From positions 248,001 through 312,000 of the forward strand of contig JBEWZL010000239.1 in assembly GCA_045837725.1 (NCBI GenBank): 64,000 nucleotides of DNA. The letters run 5' to 3'. The notes under the pieces were generated by a model that did no database searches, was not told the DNA's origin, and was given only the letters and a program-made list of their open reading frames with translations. Positions 38,022 through 52,044 of this stretch are shown piece by piece. A program made the translations under genes and the position numbers. The stretch is from Vermamoeba vermiformis (Eukaryota). Numbering within the stretch: the first letter of the stretch is position 1; the number at the start of each line of letters is the position of its first letter.

Positions 38022-41000
38022 ATGCGCTATTTAAATACGAGCGCGAGGTGCGTTATTATTTTTATATGTGTTTTAGCAGACTTACAGTCTACTGTCGGAG
38101 ATCCTTTGTTGATTCTTAATTTTACTTACAGAACGAAACAATTCGAGATCCTCGAGTTGACTATAACAAATAATATTATAACCTTAGAAGTTGACCAAGA
38201 TCTCTATCACAAAGTTCAATGCCCGATCGAGTTTTCAGAAGTGACCCAAACTCAATTCGTGCCGTGCTGCAATAAGTCCACAAACGCTACTGGTGCTTGC
38301 TATACGCCTATATATGCGGACGAGAAGTGTATTGACGAGAACCATGCAACATCAACCGGAATAATGCAAGCGGATGAGACATCCCTAAAAAGATATTCTT
38401 TCAAAGTTGCCAATTACCAAAGTTGCCACTCTATATCAATACTAGCCAAGGCTGTATCAGGTAATATTATATTAATTAACGTAAAGTTGGGTAACGCACC
38501 GAAATTATCAAGATCTAACTGATTGATCCGATTAGGACAAACTTTCCTCGGAATATCAATCCGGAATGAACGCGTGTATATGTCCGCCAATGACTTCTTG
38601 AGGGCAGAATACGGGTCCAATGGAATATCCCTTTGCTGCAGCAAGATCCGGGAAGTTAATCCGGGTTGGAGTGGCGAAATGCGCATTGGTTGGAAGCCGT
38701 TTATTACTACAAGATATGAATTCTCCGTAACGAGTAAGTGTATACCCATTTGATCTGTAGCAAACAGTATCTAACGTGATTCGGTTAAGCTGATCAACTT
38801 CTGCCAGTGTCAGAATATTACATGATTCGTGAGTATCGTTGATAATACCAATTAATTATATGGCATTAGCTAAATCACTGCTTAAGCGCCTGTTGACATC
38901 AGCTGTAACGGATTACATTTCACTCCCGATGATTGTCGCGAAAGATCCGGCTGCTTTCCAACTCCAGCAACAAATGACCCGTTGTTTTCGTTAATGAAGG
39001 CTATGGCGTACGTAAAGATCATATTAAAGCGGTAAATGAAGCCGAATCACATGGTAGACTAACGCATCTGGCTTAGGAATCTCGAAGTTATAGAGGCAAA
39101 TCCAAAACAATTTTCAGTGGGCATAATTATTCAAAGAGATCAGTTTTCTAACGCTAGAGTAAGTTGTGCGATTAAAGGAAGGTTCTAGATTACTTTTGGC
39201 TTGTAACTAATGACTCACATTTTAGACTTTCGTTAACAAATTTTGATATATGGCTAATCTAGTTATTATAGACATCTAGTGTTACGTTTCCATTCCCTCA
39301 AGCGCGATTTTCGGATTCAAGTTGCATATTCACATTTCCAACCCTGGCAAATAATCGATCTGAAATACTTGGCAATGCCGTAGGATTACCTAGTGAAAAC
39401 AAAATAGCATGCGATCCTATTCTTTATAACGAAACTCTTACTGGTGAGTTCAATGCTTATTTTTGTTATCAAGCTTAGTTAACGAGCCTTCAATAGAATT
39501 CAGAAGTCGGATCAATGCCCTCGGCCAGGCTAACCCACGAGTATATCAAGAAACGAACGAGATCTTCTTACAGGTATTTATATGATCCACGCATGGCCTG
39601 GCAAGCGTCTAATATGGGAATGTTTAGGCAGCTGTTTGGACAGCATCGGATGCGTGGGCGGCGTGCTCAGATTTGATTAGCAGACAGTTACTCGATACAG
39701 TCACGTCACAAGTCACACTTGAGAACACTAACGCGTGCTTGGAATCGAACGCATCCGAAGCTTACTTCAACGACCCTTGTTGCAATCCCAAGTACGTGCT
39801 TGATTATAGAAGCGATCATGTCTTAATAATATACTTCGTAGTTTACAACGTACTACATGCTGTGCTCTGCGAGACGTTACAGGAATGGTCAGCAGTTTTG
39901 AAATCAATTCGGATAACGTAGCAAATCAATGTCAGACTCCTCGTTGTGCCAAAGTGCGTTACACATATGCTCTGTGCTTACGATTTTAACGATTTACATT
40001 ACATAGAATTCATTATCTGACTTCATCTTGTTGTCCGATTCCACGGCAAACAGACGTACCGGTTGCGCTGTTCGAACAATTCAAGTACGTAACTCTCAAA
40101 GGCTTAAGTCAATAATAACTCTTCGTTAGGCCTTAGGCAGCGGTGTTAACGTCCTAGATGATATTACAGCTTGTGTTGCTGCCATTCGTCCTGCCATGTG
40201 CTTGTCAGAGTAAGTTGATAAGTAACTGAAATAGATTTTTGATTTACGGATCTGATCTTAACTATGAGTCGTTAGTGCCAAGTGTAAAGATATCAATGCT
40301 GCCTCAGTCTGTCTGCCGCAAGGTTGGTGTTCTGTCCCGTGTCAAAACAACGACCAATGCGCTACAAATGTTTGTGAACTTGTTCCGGGCAGTGTGAATG
40401 TCACTAGCTGTCGCATGTTGGACTTTACGGACATCGAGAACTTGACCTCTGAAATGATTATGAACGCTACTATTCGCGTATGTGAATGACCTAAATTCAA
40501 TGGATGTATAATAACCGGTATTTAGTGCCTTGAAATCTCCGTGGATCCCTTCTCACTTTTGTTCGTGAAGCAAAGTTTTGGACTGAACTGTAAGTACCTA
40601 TTTTAATGATTCATATCAATACTTATACTTCATATAGCGACCGTGACCCGCAATGAATTGATTGATGCTATGATCAATTACGGCTCTGTAGAGCAATGCT
40701 TTGGAATCAACAACGCATCGGTTGAAGAATGTGACAAAGCGATGACTTGTAACTGGGCTGTGTGCAACTCGCTTAACAACACGTTTTGTAACGCACAGAA
40801 TTGCACGGATCCGAACCTGCCAGACTATTTCTGTGGTGCTTGCCAGTCAGGATTTTGTGCTGAGGTACGTGTAACGAGATCGATTGACACAGTGTTAGAA
40901 CTAAGTTATGATGACAGGTGTCAAGTTTTGGACATTGCGAGTACAATGCAACGACTAGCGAAGAATGCACAGCAGCTGGAGGGTCGTATAATGGCTTGTC

Positions 41001-43962
41001 CTTTGCGATTGTTGCCACGAAGTGCTTTGTTCCGAACGTAGTTGATAGTCCTTCTTGTTACCCGCCTCAATTTTGCTCGAGTGTAAGTGACGCAACGATC
41101 ACGTCTTTCGGATTATCATTTAATCGTTGTACTAGGACTCGTCTTGTGGTTCCAAATGTTACGCCCCTGCATTTGGCTTTGATAATTGTACGGTGACTGA
41201 TGCAGGATTGCCTTTAACTTGGACTTCGTGGACTATCGGCAACACTTCTTATGGTCTATGTACGACTATGCAGCCTGCAACTTGCTTCTCGGATTGCGTT
41301 AATGCAGATCCACAACTTCGCTGGTGGTAAGCCCATAGTGTTCGAAAATCGATGGTAATCGGTTGGACTAGGCCTGGTACCCAATGGATAGACAACTTCC
41401 TCAGCGAGCAATCGGAGTGTGAAATGCTTGGCCTGTGCGGAGAAACTCCGAGCGCGAAATTTCTGTGCGACAGCCAGTTCACGTGCTCAGATGGTAATTC
41501 AACGAACAAAGATGATTGTGAGTCGCAAGGCATGTGCGACGACTTCTCGGGTTGTCTCTTTCCGTTGGACCCCGTTGACCTTAGCTGTCCTTTGGACTTC
41601 ACTTGGACCCCGATAGGATGCAATAGCAGAAACATTGGAGACCCAGCGGCTTGTGCAACTGCAGGAGGGTAAGACCTACTCCATTTCAGTATATCGTTAG
41701 CTAATTTTATCATGCAGCAAATGGATTTCAACGGCGAAGAACAGAGAGGAGTGCGAGTCAAAAGCGGTGATCTGTCGAGAACCCAAGCTGTCAGTCATTC
41801 TCTATTTATTCCCTACACCACACACGAACATGCCGCCAGAGTACTCGCTGAAGAATTACTCGGAGTGCATTGCCTGCGGAGGCACGCCGTTCTCATACTT
41901 CTCGTGGACCGGCGGTCAATGGCGTCCCAAACTGTTCCGACCTTTTGAATGGCACAAACGAGAATTTATTCGCAGCAATTTGTTAGTTAGATTACCAGAC
42001 GAACATGTTTTTACGGTTCCGATTACTTCTGGTATTGCTCGAAGATACGCGAAAGCTCTCGAATCAGATCTGTACTGTCGGTGAGTCATCCACTTTGCAG
42101 TACTTTTTTGTTCTTTCTGTAACATATTCCCCAACAGTTATGGTCAGTTTACGTCGTCAGTGTCGAGCTTAGTCTGTGATTGTGCTGGTACAGATGGTGA
42201 TTGCTTCTCAGCCGTGTCATCGTCGGTCGTAGGCATCGGTCTCGCGTGCTCGTACATTGCAAATAACATCACGTCAGCTGTTGCCACGGTTATTGTTGGA
42301 AGTAACATTGAAGTGACGGGCAATGACTGTCTTAACATTCGAATCAACGTTGTTCCAATGTCCCAGTTTGCGGCTAAAGAAATTTCAGTTCTGAGTGGGA
42401 CCGCTGTATCTGCCATCAAATCTCAGCAGCGTCGATCCGTAAGAACCTTATTACTGCCTCTAAGTTACAGTAGTACTCACTCTTTATACTACTTTAGGTT
42501 CTGTTTATTCGTAACAATGAAGGCATTGTTGTGGGACAGGTCATAAATGACGGTGTCAAAATCGATCGAGACGACCTAAATTACACTGGCTCGCTTCAAA
42601 TTTGCATCACTTTTCCACAGGCAAGTCTTAGTAGCATTATACAAACGCCAAACCTAACCATAACAATAGGAGTTTGCCGCGGACTTACAACTGTCCGAGT
42701 ACCGTTGGGCAGTGCCAAGCGATGACTTCACTAGCTTCACTTTGCTCGACACGCCAACGCAGCTCGGTGAAATTTCGTGCTTTGATTTCGTGAACGTGAG
42801 TCAAATCTATTTCCCAGTAGGCCTGCAAGCGAACTGGCAATCAGCAACATTTGTCTCGACGTGGTTCCCAGGTGAAATTTTCTTCTTAGTGATGGGCATG
42901 GTGTGGTACTTTGCTATTCTCGTCTTCACCGGCTACCACTTCATGTTGCACGTGTTACTGCACGCGCCTGGAGCACAATTTTTCACACTTTCTACGACAG
43001 CTCTGTTCATCTCCTTAATCTTCTTAATCAGTCCGTATCATTTACTTGTAACGTATTATTGACATCGTGTTTGACAGATCGATTCATCTACATGATTCTC
43101 ATCTTGAGCGGAGTAATGGATCAAAATCCACTCGTAGACGTAGTCTTCTCGTCATTCCCTGCCCTATTGTTCTACGTCATTTATTCCATCATTGTGATAC
43201 GATGGTAAACACTCGTTGTGAAAGTTGATATGTACTTACTAATACCTGGATCAGGGCGGAGATCTATCACTTCACTATGACAGCTGGGGCCAGGCAAGGC
43301 ATTACAAAGCTTCGCCCAGCCATTATCGGCCTCATCGTAGCCTTGTTCGTGACATTCGTGTTCTTGCTTCTGATGTACTTCCTGATATCAGACTTTAATC
43401 CTCGCGTGTTCAACTGTGCGACACCTGATAGAGTGTTGATGGGTCTGACTGAACGAGACATCGTGTCTATCTCGTACAAAGCATTCTTTGCAGCCGTTTC
43501 AGGCGTGTTGTCAGCGCTATTTGTGATCTATGGCGCGAGGTTAGTAACATCGGAGAATTATCGGAGTAATGTTTCTGACGATCTACTAGGGTCCTATTGT
43601 TAATGAGCAAAGCCACGAGGAACGCTACAAAATCACGTGACAAGAAAAAGGCGCGTGAAAAGGCATTCAAGAAGTTGATGGCAGTCTCGGGCGTGTGCAT
43701 GATAGCGTTGCTAGCTCAAGCTATATTCTTATTATGGAGCTCTGTAGCATCACCTACTCAAGACGAAGGCCGATTTTACGGTGTTTTAACGTTTATTTAT
43801 TTGACCGAAATTCCACCGGCGATCATCTTCGTTATCATGTTTAAGAAGGCTTCGTACTTTATCAAAGGCGATAGAAATACATTAACTGCTAAAGGTGCGA
43901 CAACTGCATCGGATAATCGAGAGAGTGTAGCGGATGAAGTCCCTATGAAGCCCGTGGATTAG
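38022..43962 (+). CDS. Large Cys-rich ectodomain protein with C-terminal 7TM (TOM1/THH1/GPR137-like) region
   Basis: Hydrophobic N-terminus and many short Cys-rich exons, then seven hydrophobic segments with RFIY, FPALLFYVIYSIIVIRW|AEIYH, FVIYGAR, KKLMAV and LTEIPP. Confidence 0.8.
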
Positions 43963-44017
43963 ATCCAAAATAAAATGTATTATTAGCTTCTAAAGAATGA
44001 ACGAGGAACTATTTTTA

Positions 44018-45166
44018 TTAAATTAATATAGATAATGCAGTAGTTAGAACCAAGCCAACAGAAGCGACAACGTGAACTGTTGCGGATGTAGTAGGAGCTT
44101 CTTGTTGAATGGGTGTTACTGGAGGGGTCGGTGGTACGAATTCCAAGACATTCACAGCAGCAGTCACTTGATCGTCATCAAATCCACCAGCAATCACAAC
44201 GTATTTGTCCTCAACTACAGTGAGCGCGGATGCGTTCGCGGAGATTATGAAATTTCGAACATCCCAGGTGGTAGATGTAGTACTAAACAAGTACTGTTGG
44301 TCAGTTTGATGCAAAAATATATAACCTTGCAAGGGAACAACGGAGGGTAGTTCGGGAGCTGCAGTTGGGTACAGCGCGATAGACCAGAGACCATCTTGGG
44401 TATTGTAGATATATAGTGTATCAAGAGAGGAAAAATACACGTTACTATCAATTGAAAAACCAGGGCCAAATGCTTCACCACGGACATTTACGCCGGATGG
44501 TAACGAGGAGAGACCTTGGATCAGAGTTGAACTTGTTGTATTGTAGCCAATAAATCGAGGTGGATCATCGTATTGAAAGACGTAAACGATCGATTCGAAA
44601 GATGCAAGAGAGCCTGGCTGAATTTTTGGAAATGTGTCCGCAAAATCTTTTGTGATCCAAGCACTTCCAGCTGCGGGGTTGTATACAGCAAAACCAGTTC
44701 CGTTGAAGAAAACTGCATGATTGCCGGCCGTGGTAGCCGTTACCATGGAGTTATAAAAAGGATCTGGGAACTGGGTGCTCTTCCATTGCATTGATTCGAC
44801 ATCCAAAACTTCGACGACATTGACAGGAGAAGCGGAAGTCTCGTTTCTATCGAATCCTCCAGCAAAAATTGCATATGAGCCAATAGAAAGTGCAAGCATA
44901 TTGTATCGAGCGGTAGGCAGGGTGTGTTGAGAAATATTTCGTGTTGACACATCCAACAAATCTACAACGTCTGAAGCAGTGCCATTTTCTGTTAATCCTC
45001 CGGCTATTATTGCGTAATTTTTAGTGCCAACGGCAGCTGCATTAGTACGCGGGACTGACAGAGCCATTTCTTTCCAGCGTTGTAGATCTGGCGAGTTACG
45101 ACTGGGCTGTTGCGCCAGAATTACTCCGACTAAGCACAGCGAAATAAATAAACTGATAGATTGCAT
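44018..45166 (-). CDS. Secreted Kelch-repeat beta-propeller protein, probably GPI-anchored (intronless)
   Basis: Signal peptide, repeats LSVPR..IIAGG..VDLLD / LPTAR..IFAGG..VEVLD / VIAGG, Pro/Thr stalk, hydrophobic C-terminus with no cytoplasmic tail. Confidence 0.85.
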   Translation of the reverse strand: MQSISLFISLCLVGVILAQQPSRNSPDLQRWKEMALSVPRTNAAAVGTKNYAIIAGGLTENGTASDVVDLLDVSTRNISQHTLPTARYNMLALSIGSYAIFAGGFDRNETSASPVNVVEVLDVESMQWKSTQFPDPFYNSMVTATTAGNHAVFFNGTGFAVYNPAAGSAWITKDFADTFPKIQPGSLASFESIVYVFQYDDPPRFIGYNTTSSTLIQGLSSLPSGVNVRGEAFGPGFSIDSNVYFSSLDTLYIYNTQDGLWSIALYPTAAPELPSVVPLQGYIFLHQTDQQYLFSTTSTTWDVRNFIISANASALTVVEDKYVVIAGGFDDDQVTAAVNVLEFVPPTPPVTPIQQEAPTTSATVHVVASVGLVLTTALSILI

Positions 45167-45419
45167 CTGTCTTTGCTTGTTACAAGAGAAAAGAATAATG
45201 ACATGCGACAGAAAAAATCTGTTTGTGTTGTCTCGTTGGATCTCGAAGGAAATTTCCCCAGCTCAAGCGAAATTCATTGCTTAACATCTAAACAGTAACC
45301 ATACCATCATGAGGATATAGATCGGGAATATCTGCGGCTATTGAGCCAGAAAATTCTTTCCGGCGAATTATTTTTTATTCCGCACGCAAATAATCTGTAA
45401 AATTAATGTGCCACGACGA

Positions 45420-47260
45420 ATGAACAACACAATAGAATATGAATTTAGTTGGACCGCGGCGAAAGAAGGTGCTGCATGCGATGCGTGTCACAAACGCAAG
45501 ATGCGCTGCGACAAAAACAAGCCTCAATGCTTAGAATGCATAAAACGAAATGTCCCATGTAATTATGGCGAAAGATTACGACGAGGTCCAAAAGTCAAAA
45601 AGCCTCGAGCACCGATGAAAGTATCAGAACGGACTGTGGAGAAAATTAATAATCAGCTTCAATCGGTTCAATTTGAATTAGAATTTAACAAAAAAATAGC
45701 AGAATTATGGAGGATTGCTACATATAATTCTGGTAATAATGAGAGCCAAGCGGAGTTTATTAAACGGATTCGACCAAAGTTTAATCCAGAAACTGAAGAA
45801 TTTATTCGATCACCAAGCGTAGTTCAGTATTTAATGATAGATATTGGATCTACCTTTCGAATAGCATTTTCTACACCCGATTTTGCCTCGAACATGGATT
45901 TTGCACTGAAGATCTGGCAAGCAATTATCGATGTCAGCCTTGGAGACTTCTTATCAATGATCGGAACATTTCAAACAGATTTATTATTAACAATACAAGA
46001 GCACATCATCATCTTCTTATTGAGTAAGAATACCTGAAAATTAATTTTAATTTGGATCCGACGCTTAACCCTATTTTAAATCAGGTCTTCAACTATTGAA
46101 ATACACGGATATAGCCAGTTATGTTTCAAGAATTGTCTTTTATATTTTTGACACTGTCATGTACGCGCGAGACGATTGCTGGAATTCAACGGAGTTAATG
46201 TCAAAATTACTGCGGACTCAAATTAGCATGGCGAGCTATTACAAAATGACCAAAAATATTGATGCATTGCGAGCTAATGCTCTAACAACTTTTGAAATGT
46301 TCAACCAGTTCAAAGATAAGCTCGAATTGGATAAAGACATTCAAACGAGGTGAGTTATAAATACTTACATATATTCTAAGAATTATAAGATTTAATTTCG
46401 ATCTTGAGATCCGAGTGAAGATGTCAAAAAGTTAGCAAAATTTCTCAATTTAGTAATCGTTAATCTTGCAGGATTTGTTGTCGTATGATAATGGGCTGCA
46501 AGACCGAAACTGATCGTAAAAATTACATAAATGCGATCAAGGCATTCAACGCAGCAAATGTAAGTAGTCACGTGGGAACACCGACCGCAAGATCCGATTT
46601 AACTTTTCATCTTTATCAGCTCCCTGCTAATCTATTGTATATGGCCAATATATCGATATCAATACAGTCATTAGTTAGTAGGCAAATAGACCTCGAGTAA
46701 GTAAATTGTTTATTGATCTGGATCTTCGCAAGGCACTAACTTGAGCTCGTTAGTGACGCGAACAATGCGATTCAAAAGGCCGACTATTTCGCGAGATCAT
46801 ATATACTCCAGACCCACTACAATAATCGCGGTCCTATTGAATGTTTCTACGATGCGTGGACTGGCGTCATTCACTCTGAGATTGCTATTCGCTTAGGCGA
46901 CATTGAACTTTCAAGGCGGAAAATTGGAAGAATGTTGGACTTGTATTCTCGCATGACACCTTCGCTACAAAAGCTATTAGTATCAAACGTGGAGGTAAGA
47001 ATAATCGAGATTGAACATCCGCATCTGCAACTAAACCGAACCATTTTTTATTGTAGTTCTTCGCATATACTATGCAAAACAATGCCTTATTGATCCAAGA
47101 TTATTTGCCATTGCTGACGAAATCTGGCGTGACGATGACAAAATCTTTACCACCAACGAACACCCCTCGCTTGTACAATTGGGCTAACAGTGACGACAGC
47201 AGCAATAACACTAATGAAGATAGCTCGCCATCTACGAGTGAAGGCCTCATGGCCCATTAA
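45420..47260 (+). CDS. Zn(II)2Cys6 binuclear-cluster transcription factor
   Basis: ACDACHKRKMRCDKNKPQCLECIKRNVPCNY..RRGPK followed by a coiled coil. Multi-exon helical C-terminal region. Confidence 0.88.
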
Positions 47261-48867
47261 GAAATGATGTGCGGGTAATAAACCGTTGCAAAGAACGCAA
47301 AAGTTGATACTGCCATTGCTGCCAATATAGTAATTCCATTCCAATTGAAAACTACGCGCAAATTGTTCTGATCGTTGTCAACGAACAATCTGCCAACAAA
47401 GTACAAATAGAAGTTCATGAAAATAATTCCCGCGCTTATCGAATTGGCCTTAAAAGCACTCCAAAATACGTCTGGGCTGTTATTGTGAACATTAAGAAAT
47501 CGTGGCCAATTGTTCGAAAATCCAAGGAGACCCAAAAGTACCAAATTTGTTATCCTTCTTTGAGTCGTCGATAATCTCGCTAACTGAGAATATTTTTCCG
47601 CTAATTTGTAGTATCCAATAGCCGTTAAGAACAACCCTTGAAAATTGAAATAATGAAGGCTGCTTGGGTAATACTTGTACGGCAAATATAAGTTCTGTAT
47701 GCCGTAGAACACCGCTGCCGCTATAATCAAAATATCTTTTTGATCGGTGATGGCAATGCTTGAAAATACGAACGACAGCAGATACGACAGTCCGCCAAAA
47801 ATGTACTTGAAACTCCATGTCGAATGCAGTACATCGTGTAATAAGCACGGAACCAAGTGCAATACGAACCATGGGATTATAGTCTCGTTTGTAGGAACGA
47901 TTTTTGCTATAAAAGGAATGTTAGATCTGGATCCGCTGGTCAATATAATTATCCGTACCCAAAAAATCAACCGGCGCGTATTTTCGGAACTCAAGTAATT
48001 CTGAGAATTGAATCGGATTGTTGCCTCTACCAGCGCACCACTCCTTTAACTCGAAAATGATTTGATAAGGCTGGTGAATTGACGTGATTTTCCATTCAAA
48101 TCTTGGCGGCACATTTCTGAACGCGTAATTTCCGTTAACTTGGTCTTCATACTGTGAAAAGACAAAAGGTTTGTGCAAGACTGGAAAAGCAGTTGTTTTG
48201 ACTAAATATCTACGAGGATAAATGTCAGTACAAAAAAATTCCTAAAAAGGAAATTGCTGATTTAAGATCTTACTTGTTTGCGACAGCGTCGGGTAGAGTC
48301 GGAATGTATGTTAATGCACCGGGCGCGAGTTCTAATAACAACTTGTTTCGCCCTTCAGCAAGAGCAAAGTCCTTGATCTGGTCTTCAGCGGATCTCTCCG
48401 TCTATCGATCGGAACAATTCAAGAGTTAGTTGTAAAACTGCGTACATATTGCCTTGAGGCGTACTTACCAATGTTAGCCAACTCTCTGGCTTTTCGAACT
48501 GCGCTCTGCATTGGGGGTGGATAGCGGCAATAATTGAAATAAAATCCTCTCTAAAAGTTTTATTAAATTAATATAAGCATCAATATACTATCGTATAACG
48601 TACCTGATCTTCTGTCGCTTTCGCTTCACCTCCTCATACCGCTAAAAAATTAAAAGTAAATTTCAGAAATTATGTAGACTTGCAGTGTTGGTAGTAGAAG
48701 TTGTATTTATCGCGTTTCATTATAGTATCAATTTAAATTACCTGCAGAAATTCCTGCTGTTGTTGTGCATTTCTTCCGTAGCGCAAGTGGCGATAGAGTC
48801 GGCGTAATTTTTGTGCCCCGACCAATCCTGCACATGTGTATAGTAAAGTACTCGTCCACGAGCCCAT
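47257..48867 (-). CDS. Polytopic membrane protein, paralogue of 52045-53780, lacking the F-box
   Basis: Spliced MGSWTSTLLYTCAGLVGA..YLVK..QIIFELKEW..FSELL..LVPCLLHDVLHSTW, then several TM helices, ending TVYYPHIIS*. Confidence 0.7.
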
Positions 48868-49098
48868 TGGTTACTCTTATCTGGTTATTCTGAGTGTTCG
48901 TTACGTCTTCGTAATGAAATTGAATTAAAATCTCCTCGTGAGATTTTGAAGACCATAATGCAGTGCAATTTTTGTCCTTTCTTTAATATATATATATTGT
49001 ATCACGTGCCATATACTTAGATGCACTACAGTTAAAGTGGATCGACTTGATAGTTGGGAGCCCGATCCACTTTACTTCGGCACAATCAAGTTGACAAT

Positions 49099-52027
49099 AT
49101 GGCTGACGATTACTCAAACTTCAGCATCCTGTATGATTATTATATCGAGGGCGCAGAATACTGGTTGATTTCAGGTTAGTAATCTGGAAATCAAATAAAT
49201 TGTATCTTAATTTAATCTCCATTTTACCTCTAAAATTATCCTTACCACTACTAGCTTTCAATATCGTATTGAGTTATCGTGGCGGCATCGTTATTATTTT
49301 CTGATTTTTTTGAGCAGATCTTGGCGATTTAGTGCGCAATAGAGAACCACTAAAGAAGCTTTTAACAGCGTTAGCAGTCAGTACTCATGTAAAATACATA
49401 GAAATTCGTTTGAGTACGTAAAAGCAGATTGTAGTTCCCCTTGTTATTGTGTTAACTTTGTCGATCAGATTTGCTAAACTCCGACGAAGTTGCTTTACTT
49501 GCCAATAGTTTAGAAAAGAACACTAGTGTCACTGCGTTATATATAAGGTCTTTTACTCGTATGTTATCCAATTCAATGGTTGAATCTACTAACGGACCAA
49601 CCAGCTAACGAGGAGGAAATAGAACAATCACAGAAGGCATTTGAAAGGCTATTTATTGCACTATTATCTCGTATAATAAGTTTAGAAACATTAATACTCT
49701 ACGGTAAGCTTTACAACCGAGATCTAACTCCGGATCTGAACTTTGCCATTTTTAGCTTCAAGCCTTGACTTGGAATGTGCTAAAGAAAATTGTATCGAAG
49801 TTATTAGAAATAATACAAAGTTAAAGCGATTTGATCTCAATCTCCAAATTGGCGAAGAAGGAGTGATAAAGCTGATCGAGCAGATCGGCGAAAGCTGCCA
49901 TAATTTGACCTATTTGAGCATCGATAGTGATGTCGGACCTAATGTGTCGTTTGCCTTGGCTAAAATTACCGGAAAATCACGAACTCTTAAAACGGTGACC
50001 TTTACTTGTCCGTATTGATTTCTTCAGTACAAAAATATTTTCTCGGTATTATTCGATTAACTCCTCATAATTACAATTTATAATTTATTTATTATTATGA
50101 TGATCTATTCTGACGTTATTACTTTTGTAGCCAATCAAGATTTTGAATGGAACCCTAGCGACGACGATCTGGTAGGGGAACTAATCGGAACCGAGAACAA
50201 GGTCTTAAGATACTTTTCTATACCACGTACGTTTATGAGATATATATTTAGCTTTTCTAATTTCCTTTTAGAACTTCGTCAGGACCTTAAAATTGTGGAG
50301 GAGAATAAGAAAAATCGTTCGGACAAACTTTCCGAAACAATCAATAGTAACTACGTGAGAAGCAAAGCGCATGAAGAATGGATGAATAGTCTTCATAGTC
50401 AAGAGGCCAATTTTGATTTGACGAAGTTACCAGTGGACCTCATGTTTGCGATCTTGGTTTTTACGGGTGACATGGCTTCAATGCAAGCATTTTTCAAAAC
50501 GAACAAATACTGGCGTGATGCAGCTAAGAAACATAATTTTTGGAAGTATATGGTTAATGCATTCGTACCAGCTATTGATCCGGATGTACTGGCGCACGCG
50601 GATGCGTTCTACGCCAAAAACTTGGAAGAATTTGGAGCAGAAAGAGCTAATTTCTGGGAACTCTTATTGAACCATTCATTTCATTACACACACTCGCCGT
50701 CAATAGATTATTTTTCGTTGGATAATATCGACAAATTTGCTCAACGCTTGCCGTTCCATCATCCATCGCCATCACCTTATATTCATGAACAGTTGTTAAC
50801 AGCCATATTTAGACGATGGCCGAATGCGAGCACACACGTACAATTGATAAAAGTGAACAGCAAGCGGCATAGCTATTGTAAAATGGATAAGCCGTACTGT
50901 TGGATGCAGCTCTCATTTGGATTCACTAACCTCTATCACATCATATTACAAACATATGCAAATAAGAAAATCACTGGTTTGTTCTTCATATGTTCAAACA
51001 CTCAATCGTTTTTCAACGATCCGTTCAGTTACGTCGAACAACCGATGGATTACTTTGTAGCTGAATCAGTGGAAGAAGCACTCGTTAAAATGAAGCGAAT
51101 GATGGATACTTGGTGCGGAGCATTAGGCCGCAAATACGAATATTCCACCCGAAAAAAATTGGTACAGTCAGTGATGGAAACAGCTATTGAAAAGCATCAA
51201 CTGCTCCAACAAGAAATCTCGAAAGAGGTAGAGCAAATAGCTTCAAAGATTATAGAACGATTCAATATAGTTGCTGGTGATGTCGGAAAGATAATCGATC
51301 TGATCGAAAAAACGACAAAAAAATTACGAGAGCAGCCGATCGTGTTTTGCAACGAGATTAGCGATAGAAAATACAAACTGCCTAATCGATATAAGTTACA
51401 TTTGCAGTATCCAAAAGAACTTTTAGGTAACATTAGTTTCTTTGAGCATAACAGGTACGCTACACAAAACTAATTACAACCAAAAAAGGAAATTTTGAGC
51501 TAATTGTGATTTTGATTTTTAGGTTGGGTAATTGGGGCAAGTCAACTGAACCAATTACACAACAATTGAAGCAAAAGAAAAGGATCAACAAGCCGAGCAT
51601 AAAAGCTACTCTCAGCAAGCTCGTTCGCATTATACTGAACTTTGTGGTCATGCCAATACTCAAAGCGCTGTGGCCCAGACAGCGCAGTGAAGTCGATAAC
51701 GGTTACAGTCGTTCGTACAATAGAGATCAACCGGATACGACCATTGTAGCCTATTATTTTAGATACTATAAGCCATTATCCGCTGTAACTATAACCGATT
51801 CGTACCCGAAATGCTGGCCGATTACTGCAGTCGTTATGGCGAAGCAGATCTTGGTCAAACTTGGTCAACTCACCGAATATTTGGTCAGTGTGGCACTGAA
51901 AAGAGAAAATACTATTGAATATAATATCGATAAGCTTATAGAAGACCTATCTCACTACGATCTGATCCCACAAAAGCATCTTAACGGACTTAAAATTGCA
52001 ATCAACGATCTGGTTCGCGAGATCTAA
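49099..52027 (+). CDS. LRR (RI-like) plus internal F-box protein
   Basis: LLANSLEKNTSVTALYI, IRNNTKLKRFDLNLQIGEEGVIKL and NLTYLSI, then LTKLPVDLMFAILVF..TNKYWRDAA..FWK. Helical C-terminus. Confidence 0.72.
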
Positions 52028-52044
52028 CTGTGACTCGCTTTGTT

